A stretch of 64,000 nucleotides of DNA from Chloropicon primus. Taxonomy: Eukaryota. Below are positions 40,904 to 53,404 of this stretch, one piece after another (position 1 is the stretch's first letter; every line of letters starts with the position of its first letter). The stretch is taken from NCBI GenBank assembly GCA_023205875.1, contig CP060758.1:1054001-1118000 (forward strand), given 5' to 3'. Below the pieces are notes generated by a model. It had not been told where the DNA came from. It worked only from the letters and a program-made list of their open reading frames with translations, and ran no database searches. The position numbers and the translations under genes are program-made.

Positions 40904-41140
40904 GCGCCTCGTGGCCGTCGGCCCGAGCACGCACGCCGCACAATAATGGATGCTGTTTTCGGTTAAAAAAAGAAAAAGATAACGGACATCCGTCTTCGTG
41001 TCAAAAAACAAAACAAAAGCAAAGCAAAGCATTTTCATTTCGTCGCAGCCTTTTTCCTCCTGTATTTAATAAGTCTTGGGCTTGCACCCGCTCCGGCCCG
41101 CTGTCCTCGGCTTCCATAAGACCTCGATCGATCGATCTCA

Positions 41141-42466
41141 TCAGACCTTCTGCCTGTCCATCTCCCTCGCGATGATGACCCTCATGATCTCGTTGGTTCC
41201 CTCCAAGATGGAGTGGACCCTGAGGTCCCTCACGATCCTCTCGGCGGGGTAATCCATCAGGTAGCCGTACCCCCCGTGGAGCTGCAGGCACGTGTTCGCA
41301 ATGTCGAAGCACGAGTCCGTGGCGAAGCGCTTTGCCATCGCGCACTCCGCGGTGGCCGACGCAATCTTGGCGTCCAAAGCCCTGGCCGCCCTCCTCACCA
41401 TGAGCCTGCTGGCCGCCAGCGACGTCGCGCAGTCCGCCAGCTTGAACTGGGTGTTCTGGAACTTGTCCAGGGGCTTGCCGAACTGCTTCCTGCTGCTCGT
41501 GTACTCCCTGGCCGAGTCCAAGGCGAAGGCGGCACCGCCGACGGAGCACGTCGCGATGTTGATCCTGCCTCCGTCGAGTCCCATCATCGCGATCTTGAAC
41601 CCCTCCCCCTCCTCCCCCACCCTGTTCTCGGCGGGAACGACGGCGTCGTCGAAGGACACCACGCAGGTGGGCTGGGAGTTCCACCCCAGCTTCTTCTCCG
41701 GCTTGCCAAAGCTCACGCCCTCCTGGTCCTTCTCCACCACGAAGCACGTGATCCCCTTGGCCTTGTCCGCGCCGGGGTCCGTGCGAGCCATCACAATGTA
41801 AACGTCGCTCGTTCCCGCACCGCTGATGAAGGCCTTGGCGCCGTTGAGGACGTACGAGCCGTCCTCCTGCTTCACCGCGCTCGTCTCCAAGCTCGCCGCA
41901 TCGCTGCCGCTGTTCGGCTCCGTCAGGCAGTACGAGGACAGGAGCTCCATGCAGGTCATCCTCTGCAGGTACTTCTCCTTCTGCTGCTGGGTGCCGAAGG
42001 TGTCCAACACGAAGCAGTTCATGTTGTGTATCGTCAGGTAAGCCGTAAAGGAGATGTCCCCGTAAGCCAGGGCCTCGAATATCACCGCGGCGTCCTCCCT
42101 TCCGAGGCCGGTCCCTCCGTACTCCTCCTGGCAGTAGATCCCCCCGAACCCAAGCTCCGCGGCCTGCTTGAGCGTGTCCACGGGAAAGTGCTTGGTCTCG
42201 TCCCACTTGGCCGAGTGGGGCGCCAGCTCGTTCAGCGCGAAGGACCGCGCCACCTCCCGAAACTCCACCTGCATCTCCGTAAGGCCGAACGTCTCGTGGC
42301 AGGCCGAGGAGGACGACGTCGAGTACGACGCCGCGTACGACGCCGCCCCGCGCACCACCGAACACAACGCCGCACTGGTCTTCTTCCACCCCTGGCCTTG
42401 GTTTGGCAGCAGGGCTCTTCCCACCGCCGCTCCAAGCCGCCAGCCCTCCTTTCTCCACAACATCAT
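41141..42466 (-). CDS. ACAD8: Isobutyryl-CoA dehydrogenase (ACAD8-like), mitochondrial
   Basis: AYLTIHNM, SYCLTEPNSGSDAASL, NGAKAFISGAG, GKPEKKLGWNSQPT, GLDGGRINIATCSVG, RDLRVHSILEGTNEIMR. Confidence 0.9.
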   Translation of the reverse strand: MMLWRKEGWRLGAAVGRALLPNQGQGWKKTSAALCSVVRGAASYAASYSTSSSSACHETFGLTEMQVEFREVARSFALNELAPHSAKWDETKHFPVDTLKQAAELGFGGIYCQEEYGGTGLGREDAAVIFEALAYGDISFTAYLTIHNMNCFVLDTFGTQQQKEKYLQRMTCMELLSSYCLTEPNSGSDAASLETSAVKQEDGSYVLNGAKAFISGAGTSDVYIVMARTDPGADKAKGITCFVVEKDQEGVSFGKPEKKLGWNSQPTCVVSFDDAVVPAENRVGEEGEGFKIAMMGLDGGRINIATCSVGGAAFALDSAREYTSSRKQFGKPLDKFQNTQFKLADCATSLAASRLMVRRAARALDAKIASATAECAMAKRFATDSCFDIANTCLQLHGGYGYLMDYPAERIVRDLRVHSILEGTNEIMRVIIAREMDRQKV

Positions 42467-42908
42467 CGTCGCCGTCGCTGTCGTCGTCGTCGTGGGTATG
42501 TTGTGATAAATACGAATAGAACACGGTATGGGGTTGGTGTTTGCCTCCGCCTTCCCCTGTCCTTCTCCTCGGGAGTCTCCTCCCTCCTCCGTCTCCTTCT
42601 CCTTCTCCGCTAGATATATTGACACGTCAGGTTCCGTCAACCCAACCCCGGAGGGGAGAGAGGAGAGGGGATCACAAGCACAAGCACCAACCAAGGCGAT
42701 GGAACGAACGAGGGTTCTTTTTTATCTATTTTTTTAATTCAGTAAGAAAGAAAAGTACAATTGTGATCGAAAGGAACATGCAGGCACCCCCACGACGACG
42801 ACGTCGTGGGGGTGCTCGGTGGTGCTGGGAAGGAGAAGCTTTCTTGCTCTAAAACCTCCTTCCTTCCCGCCTCCAGGGGGGGGGGCACGGCAACACGGGT
42901 TTCGGGCT

Positions 42909-44068
42909 CTACTCCTTGCAATCGTTGACCCCGTCGGTCCCGATGGCGAACTGAGCGTCCCTCTCCGCCAGGCAGGGCGAGGAGATGATCTTGACCATCC
43001 TGTTCTCCCCCCTCCCCTTCTTGAACCAGAGCCTGGTGGTGGTTCCGTGGGCCATGATGTTGCCCCCGATGGCCTTAATGCTCGGGCCGGCGAACATGCC
43101 CCCCGCCCCGTCCAGGTTTGCGGCCACCACCTGGTTCGTCACCACGATGGCCACCCCGAACTCCTCGGCCAGCCTCTGGAGCTGCCTCAGGAAGCGGCCC
43201 AGGTGGACCTGGCGCACGCTCAGCTCCCCCCTCCCGTTGAACTCGGACCTGTACAGCGAGGTGGCGCTGTCAACGATGATCAGCGCGAAGCGGGCCTCGG
43301 CCATCATGGAGGCGGCGGCCACGAGGAGCTGCGCCTGGTGGTCGGTGTTGTGCGCCCTGGCGTAGGCAACGTTGTCGAGGACGTCGCTCGGGTTGAGGTT
43401 GAACCTCTCCGCAATGGCGTGCAGCCTCTGCGGCCTGAAAGTCCCCTCCGTGTCGATGTACAGGGCCTTTCCCTCTCCCCCTCCCTGCTGGAGGGGCAGC
43501 TGGCAAGTCACGCAGAGGGTGTGGCAGAACTGGGTCTTCCCGCAGCGGTACTCGCCGTAGATCTCGGTGATGCTGCCGGCCTCCAGTCCGCCCTCCAGAA
43601 TCGCGTCCACCTAGAACAAAGAACGAAGGAGGAAGTTAGGGCGACGAAAGAGAGCTAGAGAGCTAGGCAGAGGTGGGGCGGTTCTCGGGACCTCGGGTTT
43701 GTGTCGACGCGCGCACTCACCTCCTTGCACCCCGTGTGTATCATGATCTTCTCCTGCTGGTTCTCCGCTATGACTGTCGCGGTGGTGAACCCCATGGGCA
43801 CGATGGTCCAGGCGACCTGCTGGAGCTTTTCAACCTTGTTCTCGCTGATTCCCTTGATCTGGCAGAGCTCCTTCTTGGAGAGGTGCGCGAGGCACTCCAC
43901 GGTGTGGACTCCCCCCTCAATGAGTTTCTTGATGTCCCCCGCGCTTATCCCTTTGGACGTCAGTGTCTGTATGGGTATCGGTCCCATTGCGAGCTCCTCC
44001 ATCTCTCTCTCCGCCGCCTCCCTCATCTCCTCATTCTCCTCCACCCTCTGCGCCACCGCTGCAGCCAT
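42909..44068 (-). CDS. RAD51: DNA recombinase RAD51; exons 44068-43721 and 43610-42909
   Basis: GTGAGT...CTAG intron (43720-43611) joins IHTGCKE to VDAILEGG. HhH segment [14 protein letters not shown], Walker [38 protein letters not shown]. Confidence 0.93.
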
Positions 44069-44538
44069 ACTTCACCCCTTAATCCTTCCCTTCACCCCCT
44101 CCCCCTCTCTCCCTCTCCCTCTTCCTCTCCCTCTCCCTCGTGGTCTTCGTTGCTGGCGAATGAATGAACGAACCCACGACCGACCGACAAAACAAAATCA
44201 CGCCGTCGCTCACGCCTCGTCCTGGTCCTGGTCTTCGTCCTCGTCGTGGTGGTGGTCGGTGTGTGTGTTGGGTTCTGTCCTGTTCTGTTCTGTTCTGTCC
44301 TGTCGTGTTTTTGTGTGTTTGGTTTAGGCGGCAAAGTTTGTTCTTCGCGTTTGATATTTGAAGTATTACACTTTTTTGTAGTTTGTGTTTACACTCTTCC
44401 TGTCCTGGCGGCGCGGTTTCCTTCCCTGTAGTAATCCCTTGTTGCCCCGCCCTCCAGAAGAAGGCCTCCGGAGGCGAAGCCCCCGCCCCCAAGAGAGAAG
44501 AGAGCGAGAGAGCGAGCGCACCCCGGGCGACCCAACAC

Positions 44539-44582
<44 letters not shown>

Positions 44583-44588
44583 GACAAG

Positions 44589-45147
44589 ATGGTAAGAACA
44601 GGAACACGAGGAAGACGACGGAGAACACAAGAGTGCATGACGCAACGACTTCACTTCACAACAACAACACAACACAAACGGCCTGCCTTCCTTCCTGCAG
44701 TGAACTGACTTTTTGTTCTTGGTTTTTTTGGTTTTGTGGTAGGGACGCGTGAGGACGAAGACTGTGAAGCGTGCGAGCCGCACGATCATCGAGAAGTACT
44801 ACAACAGGATGACCTTGGACTTCGACATTAACAAGCGTCTTTGCGACGACGTTGCCGTCATTCAGTCCAAGAGACTGAGGAACAAGATTGCGGGGTTCGC
44901 AACCCACCTCATGAAGCGTATCCAGAGAGGACCAGTCAGGGGAATCTCCCTGAAGCTTCAGGAGGAGGAGCGGGAAAGGAGACTCGACTACGTCCCTGAG
45001 GTCTCCGCCATCAACACGGACAAGATCGAGGTCGACAGGGACACCATGGCTATGCTCAAGTCTCTCAACATGGGTAACCTCCCTGGCGTCCAGCTCCAGC
45101 AGAGCGGTGGATCCGGAGGATACAGGGGAAGAAAGAACAACAACTAG
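44589..45147 (+). CDS. RPS17: 40S ribosomal protein S17 (eS17); exon 1 is ATG only (44589-44591), exon 2 44743-45147
   Basis: ATG|GTAAG...CTGAC...TAG|GGA CGC GTG gives [21 protein letters not shown] and [18 protein letters not shown]. Confidence 0.95.
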
Positions 45148-45570
45148 ACGGGGAGGGTCCCCAGGCGGTTTTAGTGAGCCGGCCAGAACGCTCGCTCTTC
45201 TTCTTTTGTGTATATACAAAACAAAAACGTTTTGCCCTCGTCTCCGTGTGGCCAGACACACACACGCACGGGAGAGACTGCCGGTGAGGAGCCGGAGGAA
45301 GGTGAGGGCCTATATTAAGTAAAAAGAGCGGGCGAGAGTCAGGTCTGACTGCCTTTGAGACAAAACCAACCAACCAGTTTAATATCTAGTTATATAGTAT
45401 CCTTTCTTAAGCAAAAGCAAAAAGCAGAACAACAAAACCAAAAATAAAGCCTGTATTTTTTGGCAACGTTTATTTTCGCTCGCTCGCTTGCTTGCGTCGT
45501 GGTCGGTGTGAGCAACAACAAGAACAACACTGGTGATGCGTCGTCGTCGTCGTCGTCGTCGTTTGGGTGG

Positions 45571-48500
45571 TTAGTTCAGGGTCCCCTTGCAGGTCGGGGC
45601 GCCGCACTTGCACTCGATCTTGTTGGCAGCGTCCTCCTCCTGGAGCCTGTAGTCGAAGGTGAGCTCCTGTCCTGGCAGTATGTCGCATCTGGCGAAGAAG
45701 GCCAGGTGGGGCAAACCAGCCTTGGAGTCGTAGGCCGACTTGATGTAGCAAGAGGGGGCGCAAGAGTGGTTCATGAACCTGCCGATCGAACCGACGTCCG
45801 TGCTGTCGATGACCTGCCTCTCGTTTGCGGTGAATAGGTATAGGTCCTTGTTCTCCAGTTTGTACCTCAGCTCCCTCTGGTTCGCAACGCTGGGCCGAAC
45901 GATGTCCCCGCGGTACTCCACCACGGTCTCTCCCTCCTTGATGGCGACCTTGGCGAACAGGCCCCACCCGTGGATCACAGACTTGCCAAAGGTGACCTTG
46001 GCCTTCTCCGCCGCGGAGCACTTCTGGATCTGCTCCAGGAGGGGAACCACATCGAAAACGATCGTGGGGTCCTCGCTCTCGCTCTTGGCCTTCTGCTTCT
46101 TCCTCTTCCTCTTCAACTTCGCTTCCTCGACCTGGCCAGGATTCCTCTTGCGGTAAGCCAAGCTCAGCTTGTTGATCTCTAGGCCCTCCTTGAGCAGCCA
46201 CTGCATCACGGTGTACTTGTCCTCCTTCAACACCTTGGCCCTCACCTTCCTCTTCTTGGGATGCAACAGCCTCGCCCGGTTCTCAAACTCCTCCAGGGTC
46301 ACCAACTCCACGCCCAGATCCTCCGCGGCAGCGTCCTCTGCCACCGGCTCTCTCACCTCCTCCTTCGGTGCGCCGTCGGCCGCGGCCACGGGGCGTGCCG
46401 GAGACCCCAGCTCGGGGTTCTTGGACAACTCCTCCTCCCTGAACTTGGAAACCAGCGAGGCTACCTCCTCCTCGGACGGGGAATCGCACGACAGAAGATT
46501 GACAGTGTCGTCGTGGTATTCCGCAACAAATTCGATCAATTCCGTCACCTTTGTTCGGATAACCGTGTGAAGCTCATCTTCCGGCATCAAAGTGACGGAA
46601 TCAGACAACGAGACGGGGTCGTTGGCGGGTTTCGGGCTCCCTTCCCCGCCTTGCAGCTTTGGCATGGCCGAGGCAGGTGTCCCGGCGGCTTTCCTCGGCA
46701 CCTCGACTCGTCTCGTGTGCACATGAAAAATCCCGCGCATGCCATTGCACACGATGTAGATCGCGTCCGGAATTTTGCCAATCCTTGGCTTCCTGTAATC
46801 CCCTTCCTTGGCGAGCCACTGGACCTTCTCCACAACCATTCTGGGCTCGAACCACTCGAAGCTCCCGTCGTCGTAAATGATCCTGAGCCTGCCATCCAGG
46901 AAGTTGAAATCGTCCACGACACCATAGTAGAAAGAGTCGTCCTCCCACTCCACGGACACACGCCATCCCACGCAAAACAGTCCGAGGCAAAGGGGGTGGA
47001 ACAGAGATCCCTCCTGCCTGAACAGAAGCTCAAAGGGAGGCCGCCTTTTCCTCTTGGCCGTCAGCTGAGGCTGAAACAAGTCCTTCCACTTGATCACCTC
47101 GTCCCCGAATTTGATGGACCGCATCAGGGTAACCGGGGCGGCAGTTGGCAGGGCCGAGACTTTCAGATACGCCGGCGGCGGCTTCAAGACCGCCACATGC
47201 AACACGGACTTGTCCAAATCAAAGCCCTCCACAGTGCAAGTCAGGGTTTTGCTGCCAGGAAGAGAGTGACTGAGCTTGAGCTCGGCGCCAACAACGCCCT
47301 TGCCAGGGAACATGCCGAGAAACGCTTTGAATTCCATCATCTGGATCAAGCGGTTGACAACCCAAGGCACAACCTCCTCTGCCGTGGTCGGCTCCACGGG
47401 TCGCTGAGCAGCTTTCTTCGCCTCTTCTTCCTCTTCGACGCCCTTGGCCACCGCTTCCACGACTGCATCGACGAAAGACTTCACGGCCGCGTCAACCTCG
47501 GCATCTTCTGCGGCTACATTGTCCTTCTGATCGCCGCCGCTCTCCTTGTTCATGGCGTTGGCATCGTCCTCGGGTCCTTGCACGGCCACGGGGTGCTTCT
47601 GCAGCCACTGCTCTGCGGTCCATGCCTTGAAGCTCGGAATTTTCTTTTCCTTGCTGGGAAACTTGACCCTGTAGGCAAGACCACGCACGAAGGCTTGCTT
47701 GCCGGTACGAGGCCTTCGCTCTGCCCTCTGGTTGTTCATTGTGGGCCTGACGTCAATCGGAATGTTCTTCCTGGACCGGCTGAATCTGCTCGACTCGAAA
47801 CCATTTTCAAGCAGCCAGATCCCCACCGTTTGCTGCGTCTGGTCGACCTCCTTGCTCATGTGGATGCTCTTCTTCCACTCGCTAGGCTCCCAACCATGAC
47901 CTGCCAGTTCCACAAACATTTCTGGAGTCAAGTAAAGGCCGAGGAAGCTCACTTCTTTGGAAGACGTGCAAAGGTGACCAGTCAAGCCATTGCACTCGAC
48001 AGGAACGATCGTTGGCTGCTTGATCCGCTCCTCGCTCCACTCAAATTTCTCTTTGCCGAAATCAAGCCACTCCTTCATTCCATCGTCGTACCAGACGTGA
48101 ACTTTGCCATCAAACGGGTTGTAGGCCCCGACTTGGCCATAGTAGAACTGCTTGTCATCCTCCCACCAGATACCAACCCTCTTGCCTACGCAGTGCCCCA
48201 AGTCCTTCCGCGGCGGCGCCTCCTCGTCCATGCCGGGCAAAGTTGCGGGGCCAGAAGAAGACGACTCTGAAAGATTCATCTCCCACCTTATCTTCTGATC
48301 CGTCAACTTCAGCCACTCCAGGTACCCCGTCTGATACTCGATCCTGTGAACATCGTGCTCCCTACTATACGCCACAACTTTAGCAGAGTGCCACTTGTCT
48401 TCCTCGGACCAAAAAATCGAAAATTTCTGCCCAACCACGGCCATTCCCAGCTGCCTGCGAAGGGTCTGCTTGTCATCGACCAAGGCAGCCTCGCTCTCCC

Positions 48501-51500
48501 CGGGTGGCTTCTTTTCTATGTCCCCAGAAGCAATTCCAGTGTCTTGGCCCACGACCTGCTGCAGTATGCCTGCCAAGACTTCTTGGATAGCTCTCTCGTC
48601 GCCGTCCTCTTGCGAGGGCTCGGGCGACTTCTCTGACAAGTCAGTCTCCGTGCCTTGGGTCGCACCACCTTCATCGGGGCCACACTCTGTCGGCTCCACA
48701 ACTGACGGGTCTTTCACTGATTGAGCCACATCGTCGTGTGCACTAACCTGCTGGACTATTTCCTCGACTATCTCAGTCACGGCATTTTCGACCTCGTGAT
48801 GCTCCATGCGTGCTCTCCATTGCTCGTACTGTTCCCTTCGCCTCGTGTTCATCAAAAGTCTGAAGAGCTGCTCTTTTTCCAACTTGAATTGACCAAGCCA
48901 GTCACTCATGGGTAGTGCAGGATCCCCAGCCTCGTTGCAAGCCCACAAAGACGTCTTCCACTTCTTCGCATGGGATTTCCCCCCCACCTTCTCGAAGATG
49001 GATGGCGGAAGAGTTTTGCCATCGTACAACACGTTCTGAGTACGAACGTTCATAACGCCAAAGGCTTTGCCGCAGCAGACTTTGATCTCCTCTGGGCAAC
49101 CTTCTGGAAGGGGAAGCAGCTCAACTGGTTTTGTCACCCACGATTTTCTTGCTCTGCCATTGGACTTGGGCAGCTTAGCTTTGGTCTCTTTGGGAGGAAG
49201 CGCAACCTCCACGACGGGCAGCGGCTCTGGTATCCAGAATCCCTTGGTGCTGCTGATGCCTCGGCCGCTTCCCTTGGCCTCCCTCTCCCAACCAAGAGAG
49301 CGATCCAAGGGTTCCAATCTCGAGCACCCGCTTGGGCATTTGATGTCAAGGGGCGGCAGGTCAATGTGAAAGACGTACTGCGAGGGATCCGTCAAGCACT
49401 TCTTCCCTTCTATCTCAACTTCACTTGTCGCAGGGAGCAATCCCTTGCCCGGTTTTATCTCTTTGCTGTGTCTCGCGCAGTAGGCCCGGCATTCAATCGT
49501 CCCATTCTCTGTCTCGATGGTCTCCATCTCAAAGCCTTTCATCCTCGCGCAGAGTGGATGGAAAGCGACGTAGCAGCTGTCGCACTGGATGATTACACCC
49601 TGCTCGACTTTACAAATCGAACATTTCTTCGTCCACCGGTCTTTGTGGATGTGCTGGACTCTAGCGATGGGTTCTACTCGCTCCTGGTCAAGGACGGTTA
49701 GCTCTGGGATCCACTGGCAGCAGGCAACATGGCACCAGTGACCCTTAATGGTCGTTGGCTTTAGGGCCCCTCCCTCCACTGGGCAAACGCAGCACTGCGG
49801 CGCCTTTTCCCCCTTTTTCTGGTTCTCGCATGCTCTGCACAGCCAGACATCATCAAGAGCAGGACGCTTCATGACCCCATAACAGAATTGGTGTACAGTG
49901 ACCCCACAAGCCGTACAAGTGATGAACTGGTTGAAATCATAGTCGTAGTCAAGGTTGCAGACTGAGCAGTGGTCTTTCGCCCACCTCGCCCTCACAGGAG
50001 TGAATGACTTGAGGTTCACGGCATTCCATGGCCCCTTGGCCCTTCTCGGCGCAGATGAATCGATCCCACTTTGAGTTTTTGAAGGGGCGAGCTTCTCTGC
50101 TGCCGGCTTCTTCTTCTTCTTCTCAGAGCCCGCCGAGGCTTTGGCGAGGTATTCGCCTTGGAGATGCGCTCCAAGCTCCGTCCAGGCATTCTTCACAGCT
50201 TCCTCCTCCTCGTTGACGGACCGTATCGAGAAGCCCTTTTTCTTTCTGGCTTGCACCAAATAGTCCACAGCAAAAAGACGCTTTGCCTCCATTTGCAACT
50301 TGGTGCCCTGGTTGAGGAAGGTCACGCCCTTTGAGAACTTGGAAGCCTTGCGGTGCTTGGTGAATATCTCTCGACAAATGACGCACTTGTACGGGACCTC
50401 GCTGTTCGGGTTCTTGGCCTGCATTGCGATCACGTTCGCCGCCTCAGGATCGCACCTCCCGTGAATCCAACTGTTGCAAGAGTCGCAGCACGCCATGTCC
50501 TTCTCAGTCGGCAAGTACAAGTCCTCACAAACTTTGCAAAAATCTCCATTCTCATAGCAATTCTTGCACGATCTGCAGAGGTTCGTCCAGCGGCGCGCCT
50601 CGTGAGAAACCCCACCCTTCAGCACGCAGTTACAGCTCTTGCATCTGGGAGTTCCATCGTCAACCACGACTTTCTCGGCTCCGGGCTCTGCCTGATCAGG
50701 AGGGGGCACATCAACCTCCTCAACGCCCTGGCAATCCTCTCCCCTCTGAATCCTTTCCGCGATATCAATGGCCTTGAAGTAGTTGCAAGATTTGTGGGAC
50801 TTTGTGATCCTTTGGGTTCTGAAATTTTCCACGTATTCCTTGAAAGGCAAAATGTCGCCCTTTCCAATCCAGCCGTAGTCCGCTCCCCTCTGCTCCTTAG
50901 AGCTCGGGCCAAGATAAATGACGCTGAGCGTCTTTACTTTCCTCAGCCTCTTCACAGCATCTGGGAGCTGATTGAGATCGACGATCTGGGCCGGCCAGAA
51001 AGGGCATCCTCTGCTCTTGGCCCACACGATGTCATTCACTTCGAAATGCTCGAGGGGCACCACAGGTAGTTTCTCCTCCACCTTTGCGACTTGGACCGGA
51101 GGTTCCTCCCTTTTGGCTTTCTTTGGTTTGCTTCCATTCGTAGGGTAGCCAAAGTCTTCGATGACCTTTGGTTTCGGGACCCTGAGGCCGGCGGCTATCC
51201 TCTTCTTCATGGCTGCAGACAATTCCTCCTCCTTGGCCTTAGCCTTTGCCGCCTTTTCCTCCGCAGTCTCCTCTGGTTTTTTCCTTTTCACCGTTTTGCC
51301 CACTTTGGCTTGGGCACTGGCATCGCCCGCCTTCCCCTTCTTTAGCTTACCGTCCTTGTAGACGTAACCCAAAGCACTGCAAGCCTGCTGGATGGCCATC
51401 TCCCTTTGTGTCACCAACTTCGGATTCCTTTGCTTCTTCTTTAATGCCTTGGTGGTGGTGGTGCTTTTGTCCAACGACGCGTGTTCCTCGAAGTGATCGA

Positions 51501-53132
51501 GAAACGGCACAACTTGGGAGGAATCGACGACGCCTCGATCCCTGACATCCTTTCCGAAGAAAAGGATAGAGACCCTCTTATTCTTGCTGCTTTGGCCACC
51601 GTTCATGGCCTCGTCAGGATCCACCAGCTTCTCGCAGGGCCACCAAGGATACCCCTTCATTCTGGCCCAAACAATGTCCTCGGGCCTCGCCCTGACAAGC
51701 TGCTGCATCTTCCTCTGAGCCTTGGCAACTTCTTTCCGCGGAGACTTGACCTTCTTTTTTGGCATGGACTCGGGGTCAACGACTCGGTACTTTGTGTCCC
51801 CGGCATCCAAGTCCACGTACTCGATCAGCAGGTCCTCCTCATACTGAACGCAGTGCTTGAACTTCTTGCTCTTGCCTTCCTGCTTGTGAGCAATTACGGT
51901 CGCGGAGCAAAACTTTTTGAGGTCGTCAAACCAGATCTCAACCCTCGTGCGAACGGGGTGAAATGTCCGGCTCTTCTTCTTCATCCTCTTCTTCTCCTTG
52001 TCCTTGCCTCCCTCCTCCTTGGCTTGCTTCACTGCACTCGCCGCGGCAACCTTTCTCTTCTTCGGCGCCCCCTTCACCTCAACCAGCCGGTATACCGTGC
52101 CCCCGTCATGCAGATCGACGGGCTCTTCGTCCCCATCGTCGTACCTGATGTGGTGAAGCTCCCCCTTCCCCTTCTTCTTCTTCGTCACCATGACGACGGT
52201 TCCGGGATAGTACTGAGGGGGGTTATCGAACAAAACCTCGAGCCTCGTTCCCACGGGCAAAGATCCAGGCTCTGCTGCCCCCTGCGCATCCTGGTCCGTC
52301 GCCTTGGTCTTCCGCTTTCCCCCGGTCCGGTTCCTCTTCTGATCTCCGCTCTCCACTTTGCTCTTTCTTCCCCTCTTCTTGCCCGTCTTCAGCGGTCCCG
52401 TCTCCGTGTCGTCGCTGCCCTCCGGGAGCAGGCGGTACATCGTTTCCCTGGAGCGAGGGTCGAGGTCATCCTCGTCCCCATCGTCGTACCTGACGTGGTA
52501 CAGCTGCCTGCCCCGGGCCTCGACCTTGGCCTCAATAGTCCCCGGGTACCAGCCGCCTGGCAGGGAGCCACCGGCCTCGAAGTGCACCTCCACCCTCCGT
52601 CCCACCAGGTCCGCCTCCTCCACCACCCGGAACGTCGTGGCATCGGCGTGCAGGTCCTCCTCCCCCACCTCGCCGTCGTCGTACCTGATGCTGTAGATTC
52701 CCGTCTCCCAATCGAACGCGGTGACCACGCCACCAAAGTACTGCTTCGGGTTGTCCCACAGGATCTCAACCCGGGTCTCCACAGGAACGAGATCCGAGGA
52801 GCCGGCAGAACCCCCTGCGGCAGCGTGTTCAAGGGGCGCCGGAACCGCCGCCTCGGCCACCTCACCCACGACCTCGTCGAGCAGCTGGACAATCTCCCCG
52901 TTCCCTCTACCGCCGTCCTCTGTCGTCGACGGGACGGCCGACGGGACCTCCACCACTCTCACACGGCTGTGCTTCGCTACCCCCCCCTCGCTCCCGCTCG
53001 TGCTCGCGTTCTGGTTGGTGTCCTCCCTCCGCTCGTCCTCGCGTCCGTTCGAAGGAACTTCCGCTTCGTTCTCCTCCTCCTTCTCCCCTCTTCCACCTTC
53101 GCGTTCGCGTTCGCCCACAACAAAGCAACCGT

Positions 53133-53163
<31 letters not shown>

Positions 53164-53328
53164 CTTCTTCTTCTTCTTCGTGTTCGTGTTCGTGTTCGTT
53201 TGTTGTTGCTTGGCGATCATCTTCCTTTGTTTTTGTTTTTGTTTTTGTTGTTGCTCCTCTCCTCCAGGTGGAGGTTGTGGTGGTGTTCCCCTCCCCCCTC
53301 CCCCTTCCTCCGTCCCCGTGTCCACCAT
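45571..53328 (-). CDS. Trithorax/ATX-like histone H3K4 methyltransferase (Tudor-like x7, PWWP x2, PHD x2 + ePHD, SAND-like x2, SET, post-SET)
   Basis: YDDG Tudor-like repeats; WARMKGYPWWP and WAKSRGCPFWP; PHD cysteines; CPVEGGALKPT; FGKSVIHGWGLFA, RFMNHSCAP, ELTFDY, CKCGAPTCKG. First ATG at 53328 (the track start at 53388 is TTG). Confidence 0.88.
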
Positions 53329-53404
53329 CCCTCCTCTCCTCTCCGGCACTGTCCTCGCCGTCCCTTCACTGACTCGCTCTCCCGCCAAGGCGAAGAGCTA
53401 AAAA

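Noticed and set aside
42909..44068. DMC1 instead of RAD51
   Set aside because: [24 protein letters not shown] and [11 protein letters not shown] match RAD51 rather than DMC1.
44592..44742. Possible snoRNA in the RPS17 intron
   Set aside because: No RTGATGA C box or convincing H/ACA hairpins; the CTGA present fits the branch point CTGAC.
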